From a virus (lineage: Duplodnaviria; Caudoviricetes), in IMG/VR virus record IMGVR_UViG_3300046779_001273, positions 1-27,796 of that record: a stretch of DNA of 27,796 nucleotides. One strand, given 5' to 3'. Below, piece by piece: positions 10,201 to 18,264 of this stretch. The position numbers and the translations under genes were made by a program. How positions within the stretch are numbered: position 1 is the first letter of the stretch; each line of letters starts with the position of its first letter. Below the pieces are notes generated by a model. That model did no database searches. It had not been told where the DNA came from and saw only the letters and a program-made list of their open reading frames with translations.

Positions 10201-10491
10201 GATGAATTAGAAAGTTATAAGGATACTCCTTTAGTTAGATTCTTAAATTTTAAAACTATGCCATTTGCAAATGACGAACACTTTGTGCTATCATTTACTC
10301 CTAGAATAACTAAGGCTGGTAAAAAAATGGCAAACATGATAGTTGCAGATTCTACTAGAGAAATGACTGCAGTAACTATTTTTCCAACAATGTTCTCACA
10401 AGGATATATGAAGTGTGAACCAGGAAAAACTGCAAAGATAGAGTTTAGTGAAACAAAAGAAGGAACTATTACATTGAAAGAGGTAAAATAA
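7219..10491 (+). CDS. dnaE: DNA polymerase III alpha subunit (family C)
   Basis: PHP motifs HVHTHYS and TDHG; GPGRGSAAGSLV, PDIDSD, HAAG, KLDVLGL, GVFQ, YSFNKSHA; C-terminal OB fold. Confidence 0.98.
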   Translation: MTYVPLHVHTHYSLMDGVATPEEYAKRAKEVGLPAIAVTDHGVLSGHRPMYRAAKENGVKPILGIEGYITQDRFDQRDKAERHEPLDLIYNHIVILAKNDKGLENLNKLNELAWTEGYYKKPRIDFEILKEYREGLIVLSACMSGLLAKAIEHKEYAVAKKHIAWFKENFGDDFYIEVMPHNSAELNKELLDMADTYGVKPVVTPDCHHSDKSQKVIQEMMLILNTHAKISKGSTFEKSHKIEDPMKKLDYLYGEDRMMSFRSFDIHLLSYEEIKSAMQQQGIKREDIYSNSVEIADKVEEYTIHENLDLLPIQVSDPDQELLALSSAGLKKLGLSDKQEYVDRLHEELEIIKSKNFSPYFLVVRNMLNWAKEQDIMVGPGRGSAAGSLVCYALGITDVDPIQYGLLFFRFINPDRNDFPDIDSDIADDRREEVKAYLEREYKNVASIATFLEFKDKGVVRDAARAFNIPLNDVNKVLKNIDSWEDFTRAESAQWFRMKYPEIVRYGEQLRGRIRGTGIHAAGVVTAKEPIFKYAPLETRLATGSKERIPVVAVDMNEAADIGLIKLDVLGLKTLTVIDQTIKTIKQRTGDEIVLKNIALDDKKVFEMLSDGRTKGVFQCEATPYTNLLVKMRVSNFDELVASNALVRPGAMNTIGKAYVARKQGRQMTEYVHPSMTEYLKDTYGCVLYQEQVMQSCVTLGGMTMVEADKVRKIIGKKKDAREFDVFKDKFVSNAKEIIGEEKAKQLWHDFEAHAGYSFNKSHAVAYSMLSYWTAWLKYYYPLEFMYSLLKSEKDADTRTEYLIDAKKMGLSLKLPHINESDSDFKIEGKGIRFGLSAIKWLSDGTAQKIIKGRPFDSAKSFKEFAAKKGSGINSRAVEALDLVGALTFDDNPRDEVKVRENLYEYLNLPELNTSVPQHYYAYISLVEDFDEFNVFVMLGIVKNIKRGSGWSRVEIMDSTGVVGIFDDEDTKLEPGRTYLILAGSNRIATAIPIDELESYKDTPLVRFLNFKTMPFANDEHFVLSFTPRITKAGKKMANMIVADSTREMTAVTIFPTMFSQGYMKCEPGKTAKIEFSETKEGTITLKEVK

Positions 10492-10820
10492 TGAATGATA
10501 TAAATATTGATGATCTTTCTCATGCACTTCATTCTACTGCTGTAGAAAAGGGTTTTTGGAATGATAACAATGGATTAATCTTTTATTTAAAGCAGATTGC
10601 TATGATCCACTCTGAAGCAACAGAGGTATTAGAGGCAATGAGAAAAGAGCAGGGGGATGTTGCAGTTGTTAGAGAACTTGCAGACATCATTATTAGAACA
10701 CTTGATCTATATTCGGGTCTCGTAGAAGACGGATATACAAAAGAGTCGTTGCATTTCCATATTTTAGATAAGGCTGCATACAATAAGACTCGTGACGATA
10801 TGCATGGTGTTCTAGCATGA
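10491..10820 (+). CDS. MazG-like nucleotide pyrophosphohydrolase
   Basis: IHSEATEVLEA...RELADIIIRTLD (ExxE...ELAD) all-alpha NTP-PPase motif; K..YNKTR near the C-terminus. Confidence 0.85.
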   Translation: MNDINIDDLSHALHSTAVEKGFWNDNNGLIFYLKQIAMIHSEATEVLEAMRKEQGDVAVVRELADIIIRTLDLYSGLVEDGYTKESLHFHILDKAAYNKTRDDMHGVLA

Positions 10821-11830
10821 GTAAAATAGACTTAAATGAATTTTTATCTCAACTTGATCCAAAGCTAAGAAAGAGAATCTCTACTGGAGATACTGTTGAA
10901 ATTGTTAAACAAAAGACTCCAAGCATTAGTCTAAACCACGCATTAAAGGGTGGCTTTGGATATGGTCGTCAGGTACTTATTTGGGGAAACAAGTCTGCAG
11001 GTAAGTCCTCGTTCTGTTTACAGATGATTGGTGAAGCACAAAAGGATGGAAAAATTTGTGCATGGATTGATTCAGAGTCTTCGTTTGATCCAGTATGGGC
11101 AGAAAAACTTGGTGTAGATTCAGAACAACTTATTTATTCTAACGCTAGAAGTATGAATGAAATGGTTGACATTGGAGTACAGTTGATGAAGGCTGGTGTT
11201 GACATGATTGTTGTTGACTCAATTTCAGCATTACTTCCTGCAATCTATTTTGAAAAAGATTCAGAAGAACTAAAACAGTTAGAGAATACAAAGCAGATTG
11301 GTGCAGAGGCAAAAGATATGACTAATGCTGTAAAGATGCTTAACTTTGCTAACAACCAAGATAAGCCAGTACTACTAGTGTTTATTTCTCAACTCAGAAA
11401 TAATATTGGTGCAATGTTTGCAAGTCATATGCCAACTGGTGGTCTTGCTACAAAGTTCTTTAGCAGCACTGTTGTAAAACTTTGGTCAAGTGAGTCTGAC
11501 AATCAAGCGATTAAAGGAAAGATTGCTGTAGGAGATAAGTTAATTGAGTCAAAGGTTGGTCGTGTTGTTAACTGGCACATTGACTACAATAAGACTGGTC
11601 CAGCTTTTGTTTCAGGGTCATACGACTTCTACTTCGATGGAGATGAAGCAGTTGGTGTAGATAAGGTTGCAGATCTTGTTGATACAGCAGAACTTATTGG
11701 TGCAATTCAAAAGGGTGGGGCATGGTATACCGTTGGAGAAGAGCGTTTACAGGGTCGTGCGAAAGTTATCGAATGGCTTAAGGAAGATCCTAAGCGTATC
11801 GCAGAACTGGAAGAAAAAGTAATTGGCTAA
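10817..11830 (+). CDS. recA: RecA/UvsX-like recombinase
   Basis: TPSISLN..L.GG, Walker A GNKSAGKS, WIDSE, Walker B IVVDSISAL, ISQLR..IG, PTGG.A.KF, KGGAWY. Confidence 0.95.
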   Translation: MSKIDLNEFLSQLDPKLRKRISTGDTVEIVKQKTPSISLNHALKGGFGYGRQVLIWGNKSAGKSSFCLQMIGEAQKDGKICAWIDSESSFDPVWAEKLGVDSEQLIYSNARSMNEMVDIGVQLMKAGVDMIVVDSISALLPAIYFEKDSEELKQLENTKQIGAEAKDMTNAVKMLNFANNQDKPVLLVFISQLRNNIGAMFASHMPTGGLATKFFSSTVVKLWSSESDNQAIKGKIAVGDKLIESKVGRVVNWHIDYNKTGPAFVSGSYDFYFDGDEAVGVDKVADLVDTAELIGAIQKGGAWYTVGEERLQGRAKVIEWLKEDPKRIAELEEKVIG

Positions 11831-11978
11831 GTTTTTTGAAGTTGACGGTATATTTATTTGTCAAACTTGTAAAAAGAAAGTGTATAAGTTAAGAATGTAT
11901 AGAGACACTCTTGACCTAACCTGGTTCTGTGAAGATAAGCATTTGTCAAAAGTTAATTTATCAGTAAAGGGATACTAA
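11823..11978 (+). CDS. Small zinc-ribbon protein (not in ORF track)
   Basis: TTG start. 51 aa MAKFFEVDGIFICQTCKKKV...WFCEDKHLSKV with CxxC and CxxxH. Fills the gap exactly and is TAATG-coupled to 11978. Confidence 0.7.
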   Translation: MAKFFEVDGIFICQTCKKKVYKLRMYRDTLDLTWFCEDKHLSKVNLSVKGY

Positions 11979-12277
11979 TGAGTGAAAGAGCAGAATTAAA
12001 AAGAGCAAACTTAAAAGCTCACAAGAACTCTGGTAGAGGCTTTGTAAAAGCTGACGGATCTGATGATGAATTTGTAGTGGATGTAAAAGAATATTCTAAG
12101 TCTTTTTCAATTACACAGGATAATTGGGCAAAGATTGTAACAGATACTATGAAAGTAGACAGGTCAAAAAATCCAGCATTAATGCTAGTTATTGGCGAGG
12201 GAAATAGAAAAATCCGTCTAGCTGTGATAGAATGGAATGTATTCGAAGAATTGAGAAGTAATGGAAACGACAGTTGA
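11978..12277 (+). CDS. PD-(D/E)XK Holliday-junction-resolvase-like endonuclease
   Basis: SE..E...NSGRG..KADG...VVDVKE resembles Hjc-type phage resolvases. Located next to recA. Confidence 0.65.
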   Translation: MSERAELKRANLKAHKNSGRGFVKADGSDDEFVVDVKEYSKSFSITQDNWAKIVTDTMKVDRSKNPALMLVIGEGNRKIRLAVIEWNVFEELRSNGNDS

Positions 12278-12578
12278 TTTATTAAATAAGATAAATGATT
12301 TTAATGATTTATCAGAATATATGCAAGATGAAGAGCTTACAGAAACGTTAGTTCTAATTGCAAAACTAATATCAAAACCAGATGTACCAGCCTCTGTTGG
12401 CGTAGAGTTAATTGTAAAATTACAAGCATACTCTGCCAAGTTTGCAATGTTGGCATCATGGTATACAAATGTAAAAAAAGATGACAGAGCAAAGAAAAAT
12501 ATTTACTATTCTGCAAAAGAAGCAACAGATAGACTAGTAGATGCTTTAAAATATGCAGTAAGGATAAATAATGGCTAA
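12261..12578 (+). CDS. Hypothetical alpha-helical protein
   Basis: 105-aa ORF overlapping both neighbours in the recombination cluster. Confidence 0.75.
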   Translation: METTVDLLNKINDFNDLSEYMQDEELTETLVLIAKLISKPDVPASVGVELIVKLQAYSAKFAMLASWYTNVKKDDRAKKNIYYSAKEATDRLVDALKYAVRINNG

Positions 12579-13347
12579 GGCATTAATTAATAAGTTGGTT
12601 GAAAAGCCAAAGAATAATGACGATGTAATTGACACACAAAAGATCGTTGATAAGATTAAAGAGGGATATGTAGCCCAAAGAAAGGGTGGATACAAGAAGC
12701 GTGATAGCTTTACTCCATCAACCCTTACATATGGTGCTGGAAAGTGTCCAAGATTTTGGTATCTATATTTCGAAGGAAATGAAATGGAAGCCAAGGTTGA
12801 CTGGTATGCTGTTGCAAATATGGATAGTGGTACTGACAGACATGCTCGTATTGAAAAAGCGATGGAGTCTGCTGGAATTCTTGTAACAAATGAAGAAAGA
12901 CTTTCTTATGTTGACCCACCAATTTCTGGTAGAACAGATGCTGTAATTAAGTGGGAAGAAAAAGACATTCTTACTGAAATTAAAACTCTTAATGAAGATT
13001 CATTTCACTATCTAAATGTAAAGAATGAGCCTAGAAAGTATCATATCGAACAGCTACTTATCTACATGAAGATTCTAAAGAAGGCTTTCGCACTTCTTAT
13101 TTATGAATCAAAGAATAGTCATGAGATTTCTGTATTCCCAGTTCAGTTAAATCAAACATATAAAGATTTTATTAACTACTTCTTTGACTGGATGAAGCAG
13201 GTTAAGAAGGCATCTGACGATGGTTTGCTTCCTGAAAATCCATATCGTTCAAACTCCAAAGTTTGCAAGGGATGTGATTTTGAAACAGTATGTAGGTCAA
13301 AGCCAAAGGGTGACATTAAAATTGAACCAAGGAAAGATTTAGAGTGA
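12571..13347 (+). CDS. Cas4-like / RecB-family exonuclease with Fe-S cluster motif
   Basis: N-terminal CPR, GT..H, GRTD...EIKT (PD-(D/E)XK), QxxxY and C-terminal CKGCDFETVC. Confidence 0.85.
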   Translation: MAKALINKLVEKPKNNDDVIDTQKIVDKIKEGYVAQRKGGYKKRDSFTPSTLTYGAGKCPRFWYLYFEGNEMEAKVDWYAVANMDSGTDRHARIEKAMESAGILVTNEERLSYVDPPISGRTDAVIKWEEKDILTEIKTLNEDSFHYLNVKNEPRKYHIEQLLIYMKILKKAFALLIYESKNSHEISVFPVQLNQTYKDFINYFFDWMKQVKKASDDGLLPENPYRSNSKVCKGCDFETVCRSKPKGDIKIEPRKDLE

Positions 13348-13637
13348 CGAAGTTTTGCCAATGGTGTGATAAAAGTTTTTCTAGCAGTAATAAGAATCAG
13401 ATTTACTGCGGTCCTGAATGCAGAAAATTGGCAACAAAAGAAAAAATCATGCAAAGGTATAAAGTTTCTAAGGCTAAGTCAAGAGCTGGAAAAGATAGAA
13501 AGTGTGCTGGTGGCTGTGGTACAACCTTAAGTATTTACAATGATATAGGATTTTGTAACTCATGCATGATAAATAAAAGAAAGGTTGACCAAACATTAAA
13601 AGAAATGAAGGAGTTTTTTGATTATGAAGAACGATAG
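13344..13637 (+). CDS. Cys-rich zinc-finger protein
   Basis: CQWC...YCGPEC and CAGGC...FCNSC. GTGA overlap with the previous stop. Confidence 0.75.
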   Translation: MTKFCQWCDKSFSSSNKNQIYCGPECRKLATKEKIMQRYKVSKAKSRAGKDRKCAGGCGTTLSIYNDIGFCNSCMINKRKVDQTLKEMKEFFDYEER

Positions 13638-14184
13638 AATTATTTCAGTAGACGCATCTACAAATTCAATTGCTTTTGCAATTTTTGATGGTGACAAGCT
13701 AGAAAAGTTTGGCAAGATCTCGTACTCTGGAAATAATCATTATCAAAAGGCTGGTGATGCTTGTAAAAAGTTAACCCCTTTGATTAAAGAGTTTAATGTT
13801 AAAACAATGGTTATTGAAAGCACTATCTATGCAAATTCACCCAAGACTTCAATGCAACTTGCATTAAATCAGGGTGCAATTATTAGTGCTGCATATATCA
13901 ATGGAATTAAAAATACATATCCAGTAGCACCAATTGCTTGGCAAAGTTGGATTGGCAATAAGGTTTTGACAAAGGCAGAAAAGGTAAAGATTAGAAATGA
14001 TAATCCTAATATGTCTGCCTCCTGGTATAAAAACTATGAGCGTAACTTTAGAAAGCAAAGAACTATTAGATTAGTTAATATTGAGTTTATGACAGAAGTT
14101 GATGATAACGATGTTGCAGATGCAATTGCTATTGGATGGTATGCAACAAATAACTGGGAAAAACTAGGAAAATTTGACTTCTAA
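13624..14184 (+). CDS. ruvC: RuvC-like Holliday junction resolvase
   Basis: RNase H fold acidic residues: ISVDAS, MVIES, DNDVADAIAIG. Start is ATG 13624 or TTG 13618, both after AAGGAG. Confidence 0.85.
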   Translation: MKNDRIISVDASTNSIAFAIFDGDKLEKFGKISYSGNNHYQKAGDACKKLTPLIKEFNVKTMVIESTIYANSPKTSMQLALNQGAIISAAYINGIKNTYPVAPIAWQSWIGNKVLTKAEKVKIRNDNPNMSASWYKNYERNFRKQRTIRLVNIEFMTEVDDNDVADAIAIGWYATNNWEKLGKFDF

Positions 14185-14186
14185 GA

Positions 14187-14203
14187 GGTATAATGATATT
14201 ATG
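14187..14203 (+). promoter_or_regulatory. -10 promoter with leaderless start
   Basis: GG-TATAAT (14189-14194), then 6 nt, then ATG 14201. Confidence 0.65.
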
Positions 14204-14353
14204 AAGATGTATACAAACGAGAACTGGCTTAAGAAAAGATTTCTTATTGACAAGAAAACACCAGAAGAGATTGCAAAAGAATGTGGTGCTTCTGTTGAAA
14301 CAATTTATGTATATCTAGCAAAATTTGGTCTAAAAAAGAGCAGGAGAAAGTAA
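14201..14353 (+). CDS. Small HTH DNA-binding protein (not in ORF track)
   Basis: 50 aa MKMYTNENWLKKRFLIDKKTPEEIAKECGASVETIYVYLAKFGLKKSRRK with a classic HTH (EEIAKECGASVETI). TAATG-coupled to 14353. Confidence 0.85.
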   Translation: MKMYTNENWLKKRFLIDKKTPEEIAKECGASVETIYVYLAKFGLKKSRRK

Positions 14354-14688
14354 TGGCAGAATATCCAAATCAACCACTTTTGATTGATGGAAATGCAGAA
14401 ACATTTGAAAGAATTAACGGTCTTGCAAAACAAGCACCTGCAGGTTACGGAATCTTAAGAGCATGTCTAGAAATTACAGAGATGCTGCTTAATAAAAATG
14501 TAGCCTATGGAAACTCTGCTCTTAACCCAATCCGTATTTTTAGTGATGCAGACGACATGGAGCAGCTAAATGTTCGCATTGATGATAAGTTAAATCGTAT
14601 CAAGAATAAAAAGATTTATGCAGGGGATAATGATGAAGACGATCTTATCGGATATCTGCTATTAAAGAAGGCAAAGAAGAATGGCTAA
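14353..14688 (+). CDS. Nucleotide-modification-associated domain 1 (Nmad1/DUF1599)-like protein
   Basis: KN..YGNS...VRIDDKLNRI...DDLIGY signature of this all-alpha NTP-PPase-like family. Confidence 0.75.
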   Translation: MAEYPNQPLLIDGNAETFERINGLAKQAPAGYGILRACLEITEMLLNKNVAYGNSALNPIRIFSDADDMEQLNVRIDDKLNRIKNKKIYAGDNDEDDLIGYLLLKKAKKNG

Positions 14689-14962
14689 GAGAAAAAAGGA
14701 ATTACCTGCTGGACCTTTTATAAAAGAAGATAGCATGGTTACAAATAGTGGTCATCTTGTAGAAAAAGGAGACTTCATAAAGGTTTCTGGACAACATGGA
14801 CTAACCTTTAAGTTTCAAAATTTAACAACTAATCCAAAAAATAATTTAACTTGGGTCGATTGCTTTGAAATGCAAAAAGGCATGACTGGTCCATCAAGAT
14901 CATTTAATCCTGGTGATGTAAAGCCAGTAGTAAAGAGAGGTAAGCGTGTCAAGCGAACTTGA
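14681..14962 (+). CDS. Hypothetical protein (small beta-barrel-like)
   Basis: 93-aa ORF overlapping both neighbours. Confidence 0.7.
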   Translation: MAKRKKELPAGPFIKEDSMVTNSGHLVEKGDFIKVSGQHGLTFKFQNLTTNPKNNLTWVDCFEMQKGMTGPSRSFNPGDVKPVVKRGKRVKRT

Positions 14963-15467
14963 TGTTGTAGAACACTTAGATTTAGTTAATAAGGTAGCTA
15001 CAGAATATCTTAAGGGTGCAGATGATGCAGAAATTGCTAAGTCGTTAGACATTCCAAGAAATAGAGTTAAGTCTTTGTTAAATGACTGGCGTTCTATGGT
15101 AGCAAATAATCAGGCAATTCAGTCTAGGGCAAAGGAAGCTTTAGCAGGTGCAGACCAACACTACTCTGGTCTAATTAAGAAGGCTTATGAGGTTATTGAT
15201 TCTGCAGATCAGACTGCTAATTTAACAGCAAAAACTACATCTATTAAACTTATTGCTGATATTGAAAGCAAAAGACTTGAGATGTTGCAAAAGGCTGGTC
15301 TATTAGATAATCAAGAACTTGCTGATCAATTAATTGAGACAGAAAGAAAGCATGAAATTCTTATATCTATTCTTAAAGAAGTAACATCTTCTTGCGAACA
15401 TTGTAGACCAAAGGTGTTGTCAAAGCTGTCACAGGCTTCAGAAGGAGTTGTCTTAATTGACAATTGA
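14946..15467 (+). CDS. HTH protein, probable terminase small subunit
   Basis: N-terminal HTH (DAEIAKSLDIPRNRV) followed by a helical/coiled-coil region. Directly upstream of and overlapping terL. Confidence 0.6.
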   Translation: MSSELDVVEHLDLVNKVATEYLKGADDAEIAKSLDIPRNRVKSLLNDWRSMVANNQAIQSRAKEALAGADQHYSGLIKKAYEVIDSADQTANLTAKTTSIKLIADIESKRLEMLQKAGLLDNQELADQLIETERKHEILISILKEVTSSCEHCRPKVLSKLSQASEGVVLIDN

Positions 15468-17238
15468 TATTAGCGAGTTTATGGAGGCTCTTGACGAGTC
15501 ACCATTTGCTGAAATTCCAGTTGATGCAAAAACATTTGTTGAGGGAGAGCAATACCTAAATCAGCCACCACTATCAGAGTATCAATATATGCTTGTTGAA
15601 TGTATGAGTCAAATCTATAAAGAAAAAGATCTTATTAGATTTATGGGTGAAGAAGCTGGAAAAGAACATTATAAAAAGTATACTAAAAGTGAAATTATTA
15701 TGCAGCTTGGAAAGGGTAGTGGAAAAGACTTTTCTTCAACCGTTGGATGTTCTTATTTAGTATATAAATTATTGTGTCTAAAAGATCCTTCAAGATACTT
15801 TGGCAAACCAAGCAACGATGCTATCGACATTATGAATGTTGCTATCAATGCTCAACAGGCTAAAAGAGTATTCTTTAAAGGTTTTATCAGCAAGATTACA
15901 GGGTCTCCTTGGTTTGCTGGAAAGTTTGATCCAAAAGTTGACTATATTGAGTTTGATAAATCTATTACTGTTTATTCAGGTCACTCAGAAAGAGAGTCTG
16001 CAGAAGGCTTGAACCTTATTTTGGCTATCCTTGACGAAATTTCAGGGTTTGCTTTAGAAACAACAAGTGGAAATGAACAAGCAAAAACTGCTGATAACAT
16101 CTATAAGGCATTCCGTGGTTCCGTTGACTCACGTTTTCCTGATGTTGGAAAGGTGGCACTACTATCATTCCCTCGTTTTAAAGGAGACTTTATTTCAACA
16201 AGGTATGAAGATGTAATTGCAGAAAAAGAAACAATTACAAAGACCCATGAGTTTATTATTAACCCAGCATTGTCAGAAGATGATGAAAACAATAAGTTTT
16301 CAATTGAATGGGAAGAAGACACTATTGAATCATATAAAGTGCCTGGGGTCTTTGCATTGAAAAAACCTACTTGGGTAATTAATCCTACAAGAAGTATTGA
16401 GGATTTTAAAATGTCATTCTATAACGACTTGCCAGATGCAATGATGCGTTTTGCATGTATGCCAACTATGGTTTCTGATGCATTCTTTAAGAATAGAGAG
16501 AAGCTTGAAGCAGCATTTAAAAAACATAATCCAATTGATTTCTCAAAAAGAATTGAACAATCTTTTCAGCCAGATCCAGATGTCATTTATTATGTACATG
16601 CTGACCTTGCACAAAAGCATGACAAGTGTGCTGTAGCAATTAGTCACGTTGACAAATGGGTAAACATTCAATCATTTAATGGATACGATCAGATAGCCCC
16701 ATTTGTTGTTGTTGATGCTATCGTATATTGGGAGCCAAAGAAAGAAGGTCCAGTAAACTTATCAGAAGTAAAAGAATGGATTATTAATCTTAGGAGACAG
16801 GGATTTAATATCGGTCTAGTTACATTTGACCGATGGAACTCATTCGATATTCAAAGAGATTTAAAGAGTGTTGGAATTAATACAGAAACTCTTTCAGTTG
16901 CTAAGAAGCACTATGAAGATCTTTCTATGTTAATTTATGAAGAAAGAGTAGTTCTACCACAAATAGATTTATTACTTGAAGAAATGACGGAACTTAGAAT
17001 TATGAATAATAATAGGGTAGACCACCCTAGAAAGAAGTCTAAGGACCTTGCAGATGCTATGTGTGGCTCTGTTTACAATGCAATCAGTCATACAAGGCGA
17101 GAAAGAAATGAAGAAATTGAAATTCATACCTTTGAAACTCGTTCAAAAGTTGACAAAGTACAGCCAGAAATGGTAAAATCGAAACCTGAAATGACACCAG
17201 AAGTTAAAAACTTTCTGGAAAGCTTTCACCTATTATAG
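15457..17238 (+). CDS. terL: Terminase large subunit
   Basis: ATPase Walker A GKGSGKD, A....QA, Walker B AILDE. RNase H-like nuclease motifs HADLA, FDRWNS, DHP...SKDLADA. Confidence 0.92.
   Translation: MTIDISEFMEALDESPFAEIPVDAKTFVEGEQYLNQPPLSEYQYMLVECMSQIYKEKDLIRFMGEEAGKEHYKKYTKSEIIMQLGKGSGKDFSSTVGCSYLVYKLLCLKDPSRYFGKPSNDAIDIMNVAINAQQAKRVFFKGFISKITGSPWFAGKFDPKVDYIEFDKSITVYSGHSERESAEGLNLILAILDEISGFALETTSGNEQAKTADNIYKAFRGSVDSRFPDVGKVALLSFPRFKGDFISTRYEDVIAEKETITKTHEFIINPALSEDDENNKFSIEWEEDTIESYKVPGVFALKKPTWVINPTRSIEDFKMSFYNDLPDAMMRFACMPTMVSDAFFKNREKLEAAFKKHNPIDFSKRIEQSFQPDPDVIYYVHADLAQKHDKCAVAISHVDKWVNIQSFNGYDQIAPFVVVDAIVYWEPKKEGPVNLSEVKEWIINLRRQGFNIGLVTFDRWNSFDIQRDLKSVGINTETLSVAKKHYEDLSMLIYEERVVLPQIDLLLEEMTELRIMNNNRVDHPRKKSKDLADAMCGSVYNAISHTRRERNEEIEIHTFETRSKVDKVQPEMVKSKPEMTPEVKNFLESFHLL
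17150..17179 (+). promoter_or_regulatory. Sigma70-type promoter inside the terL 3' end
   Basis: TTGACA (17150-17155), 18-bp spacer ending TGG, TAAAAT (17174-17179). Confidence 0.75.
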
Positions 17239-17250
17239 ATAAGGAAAATA

Positions 17251-18264
17251 ATGACTAAGAGAGTTCTCTTAACAGGAGCAAGTGGCTTTGTTGGAAGCCA
17301 TGTGCTAAGACATATTCTAGTAAATACAGATTGGTTTGTTGTTTGTCCAACAACATTTACCCATAAAGGAATAACAGATAGAATTAAGGTTGCCGTTGAC
17401 GACATCCCAAATGGTTACAGCCGTATTAAAGTTCTTAAAACAGACTTAACAGCACCAATTTCTCCAATCACAGCACATGAGTTTGGAAAGATTGACTACG
17501 TTCTTAATGTCGCAAGTGAGTCACATGTTGACAGAAGCATTGAAGAACCAACTCCTTTTATCCTTAATAACGTTGCACTTATTTGTAACCTTCTTGACTG
17601 GGCAAGAATTGCACAGCCAGAAAAGTTTTTACAGATTTCAACAGATGAAGTCTACGGACCAGCTCCAGCAGGTTATGCTCATAAGGAATGGGTAGATAAT
17701 CACTTCCCAAGTAATCCTTATTCTGCAAGTAAGGCTGCACAAGAAGATATTTGCTTTGCATACTGGCGTACATATGGTATTCCATTGGCAATTACAAATA
17801 CAATGAATATTATTGGTGAAACACAAGATACAGAAAAGTTTATGCCAATGACAATCAAGCGTGTTTTGAATGGTGAACATATGACAATTCATGCATCACC
17901 ATCTGGTCAAATTGGAAGTCGCTTCTATCTACATGCTCGTAATCAGGCTGATGGTCTCCTTCATGTTCTTAAGCAGCACTTCCCATTGTATGGAGAATCT
18001 GAAGTTCCAGAAAGATTCCATATTGTAGGCGAAAGAGAAGTTGATAATCTAGAAATGGCTCAAATGATTGCATCTGCAGTAGGAAAGCCACTAAACTATG
18101 AACTTGTAGATTTCCATTCATCTCGTCCAGGACATGACCTAAGATATGCACTTGACGGAACAAAGATTTCTGATACAGGATGGTCTTTGCCAATTCCTCT
18201 AGAAGAGTCTATTGAAAGAACTGTTAAGTGGACACTAGATCATCCAGAATGGCTTAGTCTATGA
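17251..18264 (+). CDS. rmlB: dTDP-glucose 4,6-dehydratase-like extended SDR
   Basis: TGASGFVG, ASESHVDRS, STDEVYG, YSASK and RPGHDLRY are all RmlB/RfbB signature motifs. Confidence 0.88.
   Translation: MTKRVLLTGASGFVGSHVLRHILVNTDWFVVCPTTFTHKGITDRIKVAVDDIPNGYSRIKVLKTDLTAPISPITAHEFGKIDYVLNVASESHVDRSIEEPTPFILNNVALICNLLDWARIAQPEKFLQISTDEVYGPAPAGYAHKEWVDNHFPSNPYSASKAAQEDICFAYWRTYGIPLAITNTMNIIGETQDTEKFMPMTIKRVLNGEHMTIHASPSGQIGSRFYLHARNQADGLLHVLKQHFPLYGESEVPERFHIVGEREVDNLEMAQMIASAVGKPLNYELVDFHSSRPGHDLRYALDGTKISDTGWSLPIPLEESIERTVKWTLDHPEWLSL

Noticed and set aside
12571-13347. Cas4-like gene as evidence of a CRISPR system
   Set aside because: There is no repeat-spacer array or other cas gene. Solo Cas4/RecB nucleases are common in phage recombination modules.
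841-14194. TTGACT placed only 7 bp (841) or 9 bp (14174) before a -10 box as a novel short-spacer promoter
   Set aside because: There are only two cases, with different spacing, and both fall in Ile/Phe-Asp codons. TTGAC is frequent in this AT-rich coding sequence.
4042-17238. Inteins or introns in dnaB, dnaE, recA or terL
   Set aside because: Lengths are normal, motifs are contiguous, and I saw no C..HN/LAGLIDADG signatures or frame interruptions.
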